Part shown: positions 9,945 to 21,250 of the stretch, in pieces
Layout of the letters: the number at the start of each line of letters is the position of its first letter
Position numbering within the stretch: position 1 is the first letter of the stretch
Assembly (NCBI RefSeq): GCF_006345805.1
Contig: NW_021827542.1
Span: 1 to 29,299 of the forward strand
Direction of reading: 5' to 3'
From: Octopus sinensis
Taxonomy: Eukaryota
Length of the DNA stretch: 29,299 bases
Translations under genes and position numbers: made by a program
Notes under the pieces: generated by a model
Seen by the model: only the letters and a program-made list of their open reading frames with translations
Databases searched by the model: none
What the model was told of the DNA's origin: nothing

Positions 9945-10460
9945 GTGCCATCATGTACATTGTTTTTTCTTGGTATAAAAACGGGCTACAGCAAATATTC
10001 TGCTCAATACCACAGATTTGCTTGTCAGTGGTTTGACCATAACCAGTTGAGTATGTCTCTTAGTGGCTGATGATATGTGCCTCATGAGCAGGAGTAGTTG
10101 GGGAACATCATAACCAAGTGCTGAGAGGAATTCTTTTGGATTTGAATAATTCACCTCTGGAAACATGGGTGTTTCATTCATCATCCTTAAACAACCCTTA
10201 TTCAGGGACCTTTTGAGCAAGATGGGCTACTTGACCTGAAAAAAATTTTAACTGGACCTCAACTGCAAGGTTATGCACGGTTTGTCTTGATATGAGGCAA
10301 TCATATCACGCCCATATGGTTGTGATGCATGTACCTGGTGTACCTTATGACACAAGTAGTCATGATGGGTGTACTCGGCTTCGTATATTTGTACCCCAGT
10401 ATCACTTTGATGGCATGCGCTGCTCTCTTAATAATAATTATAATAATAATAATAATAATG
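9945..10460 (+). mobile_element. Retroposon 3' UTR-like repeat ending in (AAT)n (possibly R4/Dong-type LINE)
   Basis: Complex non-coding segment ending ...gatggcatgcgctgctctct(taa)n, preceded by AAT-rich sequence. Family assignment is recollection only. Confidence 0.5.
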
Positions 10461-10514
10461 ATGATGATAATGATGATAATAATAATGATAATAATAATAA
10501 TGATAATAATAATA

Positions 10515-10588
<74 letters not shown>

Positions 10589-10626
10589 GGTGGTGGTGGT
10601 GGTGGTGGTGGTGGTGGTGGTGGTGG
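10429..10626. repeat. Compound (AAT)n-(GAT)n-(GGT)n microsatellite
   Basis: Direct reading. Confidence 0.95.
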
Positions 10627-10808
10627 TTTCAAATTTGGTACAAGGCCAGCAATTTGGGAAAGGGGTAAGTTGATTACATTAACTCCCAGTATTCAACTGG
10701 TGCTTATTTTATCGAGTCCGAAAGAATGAAAGGCAAAGTCGACCCCAGACCATAAAGGGAGGTGAAATGTCACTAAGTATTTTTACTTGGCATGCTAACG
10801 ATTCTGTG
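10627..10808 (-). mobile_element. SINE family B
   Basis: caaatttggtacaaggccagc...ttattttatcgagtccgaaagaatgaaaggcaaagtcgac. Confidence 0.85.
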
Positions 10809-10815
10809 CAATAGC

Positions 10816-10970
10816 AATAATAATAATAATCCTTTCTACTAAAGGCACAAGGCCTCAAATTTTGCGTGAGGGGACTAGGCAATTACATTGCCTCCAGTGT
10901 TTCACTGATACTTAATTTATCAACCTTGAAAGGATGAAAAGTCAAGTGGATTCTGCCAGTTTGCCACCTT
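10816..10970 (-). mobile_element. SINE family B, internally deleted
   Basis: (AAT)n, ctttctactaaaggcacaaggcc...aaggatgaaaagtcaa...ttctgccagtttgccacc. Confidence 0.8.
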
Positions 10971-11184
10971 AATACTAAAAATATCAACAATGAGGTTTCT
11001 GAAATAATAATGACAATATAAAGTGAAGTGTATGTGCAGTTGATAGAACTGCGTATTAAGAAACCATATTAGTTAATTCTAAATGTTGATGCTGTCTGAG
11101 AATAATGTTTTGGGCTTTAGTGGTAGAAATAATTCGAATTTTTCAGGAAGTGGACAAAAATTGAGTCATTCCTGTCATGGGAAA

Positions 11185-11405
11185 TTACACACACACACAC
11201 ATACACTATATGTATATAGATATATATCTTATATGTATATATCCATATACTTATATATATATGTGTACATATATTTACTTATATATATATATATATATAT
11301 AATATATAATATATATTATATATATATATCATATATATATGTATATATACACCAACACAACATATATATAAATACAAATATATATATACATACACACATT
11401 TACAT

Positions 11406-11442
<37 letters not shown>

Positions 11443-11489
11443 CATACACATATACATATATATATATATATATACATACCACATATACA

Positions 11490-11558
<69 letters not shown>

Positions 11559-11565
11559 TATATCA
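11185..11565. repeat. (AT)/(CA)/(CATA) microsatellite field
   Basis: Direct reading. Confidence 0.95.
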
Positions 11566-11600
11566 TGATGATGATAATATATACACATTATTTCTTTATA

Positions 11601-11988
11601 TTTTATATCCTTTTACTTGTTTCAGTCATTTGACTGTGGCCATGCTGGAGCATCGCCTTTAGTGTCAACGAATCAATCCAGGACTTATTCTTTGTAAACC
11701 TAGTATTTATTCTATCAGTCCTCTTGCCAAACTGCTAAGTTACAGGGACGTAAACACACCAACATCAGTTGTCAAATGATGGCAGGGGACAAACACAGAT
11801 ACCCAAACATATATATATATATATGACGGGCTTCTTTCAGTTTCTGTTTACTAAATCCACTCACAAGGCTTTGGTTGGCCTGAGGCTATAGTAGAAGACA
11901 CTTGCCCAAGGTGCCATGCAGTGGGACTGAACCTGGAACCATATGGTTGTGAAGCCAGCTTCTTACCACACAGCCACACGCCTGTACC
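11601..11988 (-). mobile_element. SINE family A, full length
   Basis: Tail, core, internal (AT)n and tRNA-like head all present. Confidence 0.92.
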
Positions 11989-12323
11989 TATATAAATAAT
12001 ACATAGACATTATTTATAAATATATACACATATATGAGTGTGTATGTATGTATGCTTCTATGTACATGCATATTATGTAGGAGTTGGAAAGATTTAGTAT
12101 TGTTGTATTGAAACACTAGTAGATGTTTATCACACACAGTAAGGCAGGGATGCTGGGGTGAGGTCTCAATATAGGGAAACTGACATTTTATCTGTGACTC
12201 AAGGGTTCTAATTTTCCTCCTCCTCCTCATTGTAGTCGTCATCATCGTCATCATCGTCATCATCGTCATCATCATCATCATGACCATCATCATCATCATC
12301 ATCAGGCTTTGGTATTATCTATA

Positions 12324-12455
12324 TATGTCATTGTTCAGTTTTATTTCAAGACTTCTTGATGTTGAAATTCCAATGAAGAGTCCTTGGATCTAGGCTAGAA
12401 ACCAGCTCTTTCTCTGTTGGCAAGAAATCTTGAAATAAGACTGAATAATGACATA
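12324..12455. mobile_element. Small foldback / MITE with 35-bp inverted arms
   Basis: 12324-12358 and 12421-12455 are reverse complements at 32/35 positions; 62-nt spacer. Confidence 0.7.
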
Positions 12456-12513
12456 CATACATACATACATACATACATACATACATACATACATACATAC
12501 ATACATACATACA

Positions 12514-12547
<34 letters not shown>

Positions 12548-12581
12548 CATACATACATACATATATACATACATACATACA

Positions 12582-12643
<62 letters not shown>

Positions 12644-12705
12644 CATACATACATAGATACATACATACATACATACATACATACATACATACATGCATGC
12701 ATGCA

Positions 12706-12741
<36 letters not shown>

Positions 12742-12760
12742 TACATATATACATACATAT

Positions 12761-12793
<33 letters not shown>

Positions 12794-12899
12794 TATATAC
12801 ATATATATATACATATATATATATACATATATACATACATACAGATAGATAGATAGATAAATAGATGGATGGATGGATAGATGGATGGATTGATGGATG

Positions 12900-12941
<42 letters not shown>
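12452..12941. repeat. (CATA)n followed by (GATA)/(GATG)n tetranucleotide array
   Basis: Direct reading. Confidence 0.95.
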
Positions 12942-12943
<2 letters not shown>

Positions 12944-13006
12944 CACACACAGAGGCACGTGGCCTGGTGGTTATATATATGAAGTATGTTTGTATATGTG
13001 TGTGTC

Positions 13007-13258
13007 ACTGTCTCTTTACCTTGACATCATGTGGTAGTGGTAAGCAAGTGTCACAGTCATGTAAGCAGTGTCCTCTGTTTCTAGTTTTCTTAGATGTATC
13101 TGGTCATGGGGAAATATTACCTGACTTGGAAACAGGTGAGGGTTAGTGACAAGAAGCGCATCTAGCCATAGAAAATCCGCCTCAAGAAACTCCACCCAAC
13201 TCATGCAAGCATGGAAAATTGGATGTTGAATGATGATGATGATGATGATGATGATGAT
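13007..13258 (+). mobile_element. Family C-related retroposon 3' end with (ATG)n tail
   Basis: gaagcgcatctagccatagaaaat...catgcaagcatggaaaattggatgttgaatgatgatg. Confidence 0.75.
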
Positions 13259-13344
13259 AATGTTAGAGGTAGCAGAGCTGTAAATTTCAGACCAGATTCA
13301 TTAGAGCACTAGTTGAAAAACCTTTATAGGTAATATTTTACAAA

Positions 13345-13735
13345 TCTTTATAGATATAAAGCTGAAGTTGTCTGTGTGTGGCAGGTTTGGTAGCCTTCAA
13401 CTAACACTATCTCCTCCGAGACCCTGTAGCATAAGTTGACCAAAATTGAGAGTAGGATAGAAGAAGGCTTGCTCTTCCTTCCGTAGATGATAAAATTCAA
13501 ATCGGACCATGTTAACACCAAAAATTATTTACATCAAAAAGGTGCTTTTTTCTACGAAAATCCCTATTTTTTACGATCTTTTGACTGCTGTGTCGCCATT
13601 TTTCGCTGTATTTCAAACAGAAAAATGTTCACTTAAAGAGAATAACAAGCTACATAATGCAAAATTTTTACTTTTCAAAAATTCCAATTCTAAAGGGTCG
13701 AAACAAACCTGAGCAACGCCGGGCGATACTGCTAG
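13345..13735 (+). mobile_element. Non-autonomous Helitron (391 bp)
   Basis: A|TC start (TCTTTATAGATATAAAG), subterminal hairpin CCTGAGCAACGCCGGG (13708-13723), CTAG|T end. Confidence 0.8.
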
Positions 13736-13739
13736 TATT

Positions 13740-13990
13740 CTATAATTATAAACATAATTATAATTAGGGGTCAGTTAATTGCTTCACCACATACCAAATT
13801 TAGAAATAGGAGTTAAAAATCCCTTTTCTACTACTGCAAGAATCTCCCAGCCAGTAACACACTTTTTTTACGTAGGCAAAGAGAAAAATAATGAATCAAC
13901 GTGACTTCGATTAGCCACAGACGCGTTTCAAGATCAAAGTATTTAATTTACTTACTTCCCGTCATCAGTGTAACATTTGAAAAACCATAC
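13740..13990 (-). mobile_element. Probable Penelope-like element terminus
   Basis: Intact hammerhead at 13915-13973; downstream 13779-13809 is homologous to 28204-28236. Confidence 0.6.
13915..13973 (-). ncRNA. Type-I hammerhead ribozyme, intact core
   Basis: UUACA-CUGAUGA-C-GGGA...UCUU-GAAAC-GC-GUC-UGUGG; palindromic ACGCGU stem III; predicted cleavage after GUC (between 13920 and 13919). Confidence 0.75.
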
Positions 13991-14009
13991 GTCAGTTATT
14001 CCAGTTTTT

Positions 14010-14097
14010 TACATTCTGAGTTAAAATTCTGCTGAGATCAATTTTGTCTTTTATTCTTCCCAAGTTTGGTAAAAATTATGTAATTAAGTACCAGTCT
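14010..14097 (+). mobile_element. SINE family B, degenerate fragment
   Basis: acattctgagttaaaattctgctgag...taattaagtaccag. Confidence 0.6.
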
Positions 14098-14519
14098 AGA
14101 GCGTCTTTACCTATAATAAAAGCAGTTGTGTATATATGTATTTTGTGTCATGCAAAAGGAAATATCTCCAATCAAATTTGAGCCATTTCCCTTTGTAATA
14201 AACTGAATGGAAATGATGACATTGGCATCCTTGAAAATCTTGGAAGGCTTTTAGTACATTTAACTAAAACTGGAGGAATTGTTGAGGGTGTTGGGTGTGA
14301 CACCTTGGAGTATTTGATCTGGATCTTTGAGTTCTGAGTTCAAATCCCACCATGGCCTATGTCAGAGGAAGACTTAATACATCATCCAATTAATACATCA
14401 TTACCACCTTGGTGCCTTTTGCTCCTTGTGTGCCATTGGAGGAGGAGTCCACTCTGGTGCAAGCGTTCATGCAAATCACTGGGTTTCAGAACTTCCTTCC
14501 TTTCTTTGTTCCTCTCCCA

Positions 14520-14787
14520 CCATCCATCCATCCATCCATCCATCTGTCTGTCCATCCTTCCTTCCTTCCTTCCTTCCTTCCCTCCTTCCTTTCTTTCTTT
14601 CTTCCTTCCTTCCTTTCTTCCTTCCTTTCTTCCTTCCTTCCTTCCTTCCTTTCTTTCTTCTTTCTTCCTTCCTTCCTTCCTTCCTTCACTCCTTCCTTCC
14701 TTCCTTCCTTCCTTCCTTCCTTCCTTCCTTCCTTCCTTCCTTCACTCCTTCCTTCCTTCCTTCCTTCCTTCCTTCCTTCCTTCCTTC
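14520..14787. repeat. (CCAT)n-(CCTT)/(CTTT)n polypyrimidine array
   Basis: Direct reading; source of the LPSF/KEGR ORFs. Confidence 0.95.
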
Positions 14788-15799
14788 AATCCCTCTTTCA
14801 CTTCTGCCAATCTTGGAATCCCTGGAAAGATTCATGGGTGTTGACTGGCCCCTGCCATTCTTCATGACTAAGGGATTAAAAAAAAAAAAGTCGGTCATAA
14901 ATATTTTCCTTCTTGTTGATTTAAAAAAAAAAGAATTTGCTTTCCCACTAGAAGTACAATTGACTCCTTTAACAGTACATAAATATATATACATACATAC
15001 ATACACGCATTCATATGTGTGTGTGTGTGTGTGCGTGTGTATACGTATATGATCTGCTCCCTAAAAACTATATCAGGCTTGTTATTTTTGTACTTGACGG
15101 ACGTTTTCATAGAAATGGCTTACCAATATCCTTAAGAACCAAGTCCACATGTCAGTTTCATTTTACTAATTACTGTTATTTCATCTCAGATATGTTAGTA
15201 TTCCTGCTAAGAGAAGCATGAATGTAATCCAGTGGTATCCCCCCCCACAACACATATATCCACTTTCACACACACACACACACACACACATCTCTACCCA
15301 CGTACTCGTACATTTACACATGTGCTTCTTGCATTTGAGACCCCGTATTGAATATTAAAAACCAATATCTAACATGGTAAAATTAACGAGAATTGGGCGC
15401 CAAGGTTAATTATAAATTACATGATGCATCAGATGAAGTAACACAGTTTTTGTGTATATAACTGTCTTAATTTGGATCCTCTTGATGAGAATAACAAATT
15501 CAAGATTGTCCTTAACGACTAATCACGTGCTTTCCTCATCATAAAAAAGCTTAGCTTTTTCTTGTGAGCATTAGGTTATCACAAGATAGCCTAATAAAAG
15601 TGGGAGAAGATTGATTCCCTGGCTTACACCTCCCTTCGCTTTAAACGATAATTGGCTTAACCAAAACCATTTTTCAAATAGTAGACTCTAACTTTCCATG
15701 TCTCCATAAGAATCATTCAATCTTCAACAAATCTACTCTGAAATTATCCTACTCCTCTAATTATTACTTAGTAGTTTATTACGATTTATTATAATTATT

Positions 15800-15976
15800 C
15801 ACGTAAAAAGCACCCACTACACTCTCAGAGTGGTTGGCGTTAGGAAGGGCATCCAGCTGTAGAAACTCTGCCAGATCAAGATTGGAGCCTGGTGCGGCCG
15901 TCTGGTTCGCCAGCCCTCAGTCAAAATCGTCCAACCCATGCTAGCATGGAAAGCGGACGTTAAACGATGATGATGA

Positions 15977-15980
<4 letters not shown>
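15800..15980 (+). mobile_element. Family C retroposon 3' end
   Basis: cacgtaaaaagcacccactacactc...ggaaagcggacgttaaacgatgatgatg. Confidence 0.9.
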
Positions 15981-16070
<90 letters not shown>

Positions 16071-16071
16071 A

Positions 16072-16300
16072 AGTGGCCAATGCCAGTGCTGCCTGACTGG
16101 CTCCCATGCTAGTGGCACGTAAAAAGCACCCACTACACTCTCAGAGTGGTTGGCATTAGGAAGGGCATTCAATTGTAGAAACATTGCCAGATCAGACGGT
16201 AGCCTGGTGAGGCCTCCTGGCTTGCCAGTCCCCAGTCAAACTGTTCAACCCATGCCAGCATGGAAAACGGACGTTAAACAATAGTGGTGGTGACGACGAC
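16072..16300 (+). mobile_element. Family C retroposon 3' end (second adjacent copy)
   Basis: Same core as 15800-15980. Confidence 0.88.
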
Positions 16301-16392
16301 TTCTTCTTCTTCTTCTTCTTTTTCTTCTTCGTCTTCTTCTTCTTCTTCTTCTTCTTCTTCTTCTTCTTCTTCTTCTTCTTCTTCTCCTTCTC
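16299..16392. repeat. (TTC)n microsatellite
   Basis: Direct reading. Confidence 0.95.
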
Positions 16393-16695
16393 CTCCTGCA
16401 GTTGCTTAACCAGGAATATAACATCAGTCATGTTCCAACTAGGCACAAATTCAAACTGCATCTCATCTACCCTAATTAATTGAGCTATGACCTTTTCTGT
16501 GACTTTCATCACCTGGTCCCACAATTTGATGCATCAGTAATTATCTCTGTCCAAGGCACCACCTTTGCCTTTGTAGTAGTTGGCTATACTGCTGCTACAC
16601 TAATCATTAGGTATGACTCCGTCATGGACAGCCTGATTAACTAGAGGCCAAATCCTACTCCGCCAAACATTCCAAGCATCTCAGCAGTGACCCTT
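16393..16695 (-). pseudogene. RTE-clade LINE reverse transcriptase fragment (stops, frameshift)
   Basis: VNQAVHDGVIPND*CSSSIANYYKGKGGALDRDNY*CIKLWDQVMKV...DEMQFEFVPSWNMTDVIFLVKQLQE matches RTE RT motifs YKGKGD...NYRGI and QFGF.PGR.T.DAIF..RQLQE. Confidence 0.88.
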
Positions 16696-16699
16696 GGCA

Positions 16700-16960
16700 T
16701 TAACTCATGTCCAAATAGTTAATCTGTAGCAAGTGATTGAATCTCTTCCTCTTAATGGGTGTGAAGAGTGCCAGTGCCTGAGATGGCTGATCAGACCAAG
16801 GGTGGCATAGAAGAGCCAAGGGCATTTATTGCAGGGGAGGATTGGTGGGGGATGAAGAAGAGCAAGTTGTTCTTCTTTAGGTCTTTAGTGTTTTATCTCT
16901 GCCCCATGATAGCTGTTACTTTCCATATATATTCATGGTGGACTTCCACATTGTTACCCC
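16700..16960 (-). pseudogene. LINE ORF C-terminal remnant with C2H2-like zinc finger
   Basis: AEIKH*RPKEEQ...PCNKCPWLFYATLGLISHLRHWH resembles the C-x2-C...GLISHLR.H end of RTE-type ORFs. Confidence 0.6.
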
Positions 16961-16971
16961 TCCACTGAATT

Positions 16972-17055
16972 CACTTACAAGGCATTGTAAGAAGATATAC
17001 TTGCCCAAGGTACCACACAAAGGGAAATCCTTAACCAACCAGCCATACAAGCACC
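16972..17055 (-). mobile_element. SINE family A head fragment
   Basis: acttgcccaaggtaccacac...cttaaccaaccagccatac. Confidence 0.55.
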
Positions 17056-17089
17056 TATGGAAAAATGTTGATAGTGACAATGAGTCGTG

Positions 17090-17224
17090 AAGATGACCAT
17101 AATGATGGTGATGGTGGTGATGGTTGTGGTGTTGGTGTTGTTATTCTTGTTGTTGTTGGTGTTGATGACAATGGTAATGGTGATACTTAAGGTGATGGTG
17201 AGATTGATCACTGATGACAACAAC

Positions 17225-17277
<53 letters not shown>

Positions 17278-17565
17278 CGATGATGACGACGACGACGACG
17301 ACGACGATGATGACGATGATGATTATAATGACGACGACGACGATGATGATGGTGATAATGATGATGTCGATGATGATGATGATGACAATAATGATGATGA
17401 TGACAATGATGATGATGATGGTGATGGTGGTGATGATGATGATGATGATGATGATGACGATGATGATGATAATAATGATGATGATGACGATGATGATGAT
17501 GACGACAACGACGACTACGACGACGACAATGATGATGATGATGACGAGAACAACAATGACAGATG
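17090..17565. repeat. (GAT)/(GAC)/(GGT) trinucleotide array
   Basis: Direct reading; source of poly-D/M/H ORFs. Confidence 0.95.
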
Positions 17566-18173
17566 ACTATGATAAGAACCAGTAGCAGCATGAGAAAGAG
17601 GAAAGAGGAGGAAGAAATAGAGGGATTCGGTGATTATTGTCCCCTTTTTTAATAATTAGCCATGTTAACCTTGAGGTCTGTTTGCTAAGTTTCAAAGCCC
17701 TGTATCCGGTGCTAAAATAAATATGATTGTTTGGATTATTTGGGTTTTTTAGTAAGCTCTGTGTTCCAAGAGGAGAGCTGTGCATGGTTGTGGGTGAGTG
17801 TATTAGAGAGAGAGAGAGAGAGAGAAAGGAGCAAGGAGATGCAAAAGTATTTAATATATACACACACGCTATAAACACACACATAGACATGCATACATAC
17901 ACACACATACATACATACAAATATACATATATATGCATACACATATACACATACATACACATATACACATACATATATATATATATACACATATACATAT
18001 GTACATGTACACATACATATATATGTATGCATATACACTCAAATATATAGGAAGCATGCACAAACAATATTAGGCCTGTGTGTGTGTGTGTGTGTGTGCG
18101 TGTGTGTATGTATATGTATGCACACACACATCTTTACGCACATATGTACACACAATCATTTACATACACATAA

Positions 18174-19880
18174 TCACACACATACATTTACTCACACACA
18201 TACATTTATTCACACACATACGTTTACTCACACACATGCATTTACTCACACACACATACATTTACTCACACACATACATTTACTCACACATACATTCATT
18301 TACTCATACACATACATTTACTCACACACATACATTTACTCACACATACATTCATTTACTCACACATACATTCATTTACTCACACACATACATTTACTCA
18401 CACACATACATTTACTCACACACATACATTTACTCACACATACATTCATTTACTCATACACATACATTTACTCACACACATACATTTACTCACACACATA
18501 CATTTACTCACACACATACATTTACTCATACACATACATTTACTCACACACATACATTTACTCACACACATACATTTACTCACACACATACATTTACTCA
18601 CACACATACATTTACTCACACATACATTCATTTACTCATACACATACATTTACTCACACACATACATCTACTCACACACATACATTTACTCACACACATA
18701 CATTTACTCACACACATACATTTACTCACACATACATTCATTTACTCACACACATACATTTACTCACACACATACATTTACTCACACACATACATCTACT
18801 CACACACATACATTTACTCACACATACATTCATTTACTCACACACATACATTTACTCACACACATACATTTACTCACACACATACATTTACTCACACACA
18901 TACATTTACTCACACACATACATCTACTCACACACATACATTTACTCACACATACATTCATTTACTCACACACATACATTTACTCACACACATACATCTA
19001 CTCACACACATACATTTACTCACACACATACATCTACTCACACACATACATTTACTCACACATACATTCATTTACTCACACACATACATTTACTCACACA
19101 CATACATCTACTCACACACATACATTTACTCACACACATACATCTACTCACACACATACATTTACTCACACATACATTCATTTACTCACATACATACATT
19201 TACTCACACACATACATCTACTCACACACATACATTTACTCACACATACATTCATTTACTCACACATACATTTACTCACACACATACATTTACTCACACA
19301 CATACATCTACTCACACATACATTACTCACACATACATTCATTTACTCACACACATACATTTACTCACACCATACATCTACTCACACACATACATTACTC
19401 ACACATACATTCATTTACTCACACACATACATTACTCACACACATACATCTACTCACACACATACATTTACTCACACACATACATTTACTCACACACATA
19501 CATTTACTCACACACATACATTTACTCACACATACATACATTTACTCACACACATACATTTACTCACACACATACATTTACTCACACACATACATTTACT
19601 CACACACATACATCTACTCACACACATACATCTACTCACACACATACATTTACTCACACACATACATTTACTCACACACATACATTTACTCACACACATA
19701 CATTTACTCACACATACATTCATTTACTCATACACATACATCTACTCACACACATACATTTACTCACACACATACATTTACTCACGCACATACATACACA
19801 CAATCATTTACATACACATAGTCACACACATACATTTACTCACACATACATTTACTCACACACATACATTTACTCACACA
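18174..19880. repeat. 1.7-kb minisatellite, 16-bp unit CACACATACATTTACT with 18-bp variant
   Basis: Roughly 100 near-identical units; variants CATCTACT and CATTCATTTACT; almost no G on the plus strand. Confidence 0.97.
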
Positions 19881-20227
19881 CACAAACACACATATACACA
19901 CAGTGTGTAGGGTCCCACAGGATGTGCTCCATACAGTTGTCAATTCAATGGGTTTCACAGTTCAATAAGGCTCATATTTTAGCAACACACCATACATTTG
20001 ACAGACTAGAGGACTGTAGCAAAACTTCTGAGGTTTCATAACAACAAAAAAACAAAAACAGAAAAAAGTGAAGTACTGGCATCAGCATTTTATAGTATAT
20101 GATAAGGGTTATGGCTAGGATTATGGTTAGAGAATGGGTTAGCATAAGTGTGAGGATTAGTGTTAGTTTTAGAGATAAGTGCAGTCATTGAGTATTCTCT
20201 GATATTAAATAGACTATTAATGTGACG

Positions 20228-20410
20228 AGCATGTCAGGGGAAAATGCTTAGTAGCATTGTGACTGTTTTAATGTTCTGCATTCAAATTCTGTCAAGGTTG
20301 ACTTTGCCTTGCATCCTTTTGGGAGTGGTCAATAAGATAAGTACCACTTGATGTGATCAACTTAGCCACTCCTTTGAAATGGCCTTGTACCAAAATTTGA
20401 AATCAATATT
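20228..20410 (+). mobile_element. SINE family B, diverged
   Basis: aaatgcttagtagc...ggttgactttgccttgcatcc...gccttgtaccaaaatttgaaa. Confidence 0.75.
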
Positions 20411-20425
20411 GAATAGACTCTCTCC

Positions 20426-20485
<60 letters not shown>

Positions 20486-20489
20486 CGTC

Positions 20490-20649
20490 ATTATGTTCTG
20501 AGTTCAAATTCCGCCGAGGTCGACTTTACCTTTCATCCTTTCAGGGTCGATAAATAAAAGTACCAGTTTTGCACTGGGGTCGATGTAATCGACTTAATCC
20601 CTTTGTTTGTCCTCTCTATGTTTAGCCCCATGTGGGCAATAAAGAAATA
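20490..20649 (+). mobile_element. SINE family B, young-subfamily 3' part
   Basis: gttctgagttcaaattccgccgaggtcgac...tttagccccatgtgggcaataaagaaata. Confidence 0.9.
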
Positions 20650-20665
20650 TATATATATATATATA

Positions 20666-21060
20666 GGCATAGGAGTGGCTGTGTGGTAAGTAGCTTGCTT
20701 ACGATCCACATGGTTCCGGGTTCAGTCCCACTGCGTGGTACCTTGGACAAGTGTCCTCTGCTATAGCCTCGGGCCGACCAATGTCTTGTGAGTGGATTTG
20801 GTAGATGGAAACTGAAAGATGCCCGTCGTATATATGTGTATATATATATGTATGTGTGTGTGTGTGTTTGTGTATCTGTGTTTGTCCCCCTAACATCGCT
20901 TGACAACCAATGCTGGTGTGTTTATATGTCCCCGTAGTAGTTTGGCAAAAGAGACCGATAGAATAAGTACTAGGCTTACAAAGAATAAGTCCTGGGGTCG
21001 ATTTGGTCGACTAAAGGTGGTGCTTCAGCATGGCCACGGTCAAATGACTGAAACAAGTAA
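20666..21060 (+). mobile_element. SINE family A, full length
   Basis: All modules from tRNA-like head to gactgaaacaagtaa tail. Confidence 0.93.
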
Positions 21061-21183
21061 ACTTTATTGATATCAGCAAGAATTGTAGGTTGTTGACGTC
21101 ATCAGAATTTAGAATCTTTGCAAACACAATTCTCGTTAGAAAAAAAAAATGTTTCTAAAATGGACGAAGAAATTCGAAAGATT

Positions 21184-21250
21184 GCTTTGGTCCAATGGTA
21201 GAACGTCTATTATGTTTACGGGAGGTGTGAGTTCAAGTTCCACGGCTATC
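21184..21250 (+). pseudogene. tRNA-like sequence (pseudogene or solo SINE head)
   Basis: A-box-like TGGTCCAATGG and B-box-like GAGTTCAAGTTCC at tRNA-like spacing; no clean cloverleaf. Confidence 0.4.

Noticed and set aside
12346-13008. YVCM/IHTY ORFs
   Set aside because: (CATA)n and (GATA)n microsatellite artefacts.
14359-15052. LPSF/KEGR ORFs
   Set aside because: (CCTT)n microsatellite artefacts.
15125-15208. Minus-strand acceptor/GTAAGC donor pair
   Set aside because: Stops in all three frames from the acceptor; only a 9-codon MWTWFLRIL option, unsupported.
15420-15515. Two very degenerate hammerhead-like strings (CAGATGA...ATAACTGTC; TTGATGAGAAT...ATTCAAGATTGTC)
   Set aside because: Need three or more core changes and stem I does not pair.
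17087-17591. Poly-Asp / poly-His / poly-Met ORFs (also 9237-9740, 10292-10729)
   Set aside because: Pure trinucleotide repeats open in several frames with no flanking domain or splice support.
18174-19880. CRISPR-like appearance of regular repeats
   Set aside because: Units are contiguous with no unique spacers; eukaryotic context.
18080-20041. 653-aa and 579-aa ORFs
   Set aside because: Translations of a G-free minisatellite strand where TAG and TGA cannot occur; no coding evidence.
21094-21101. Perfect CRE palindrome TGACGTCA
   Set aside because: A single 8-mer is expected by chance often enough in 29 kb; no supporting promoter context.
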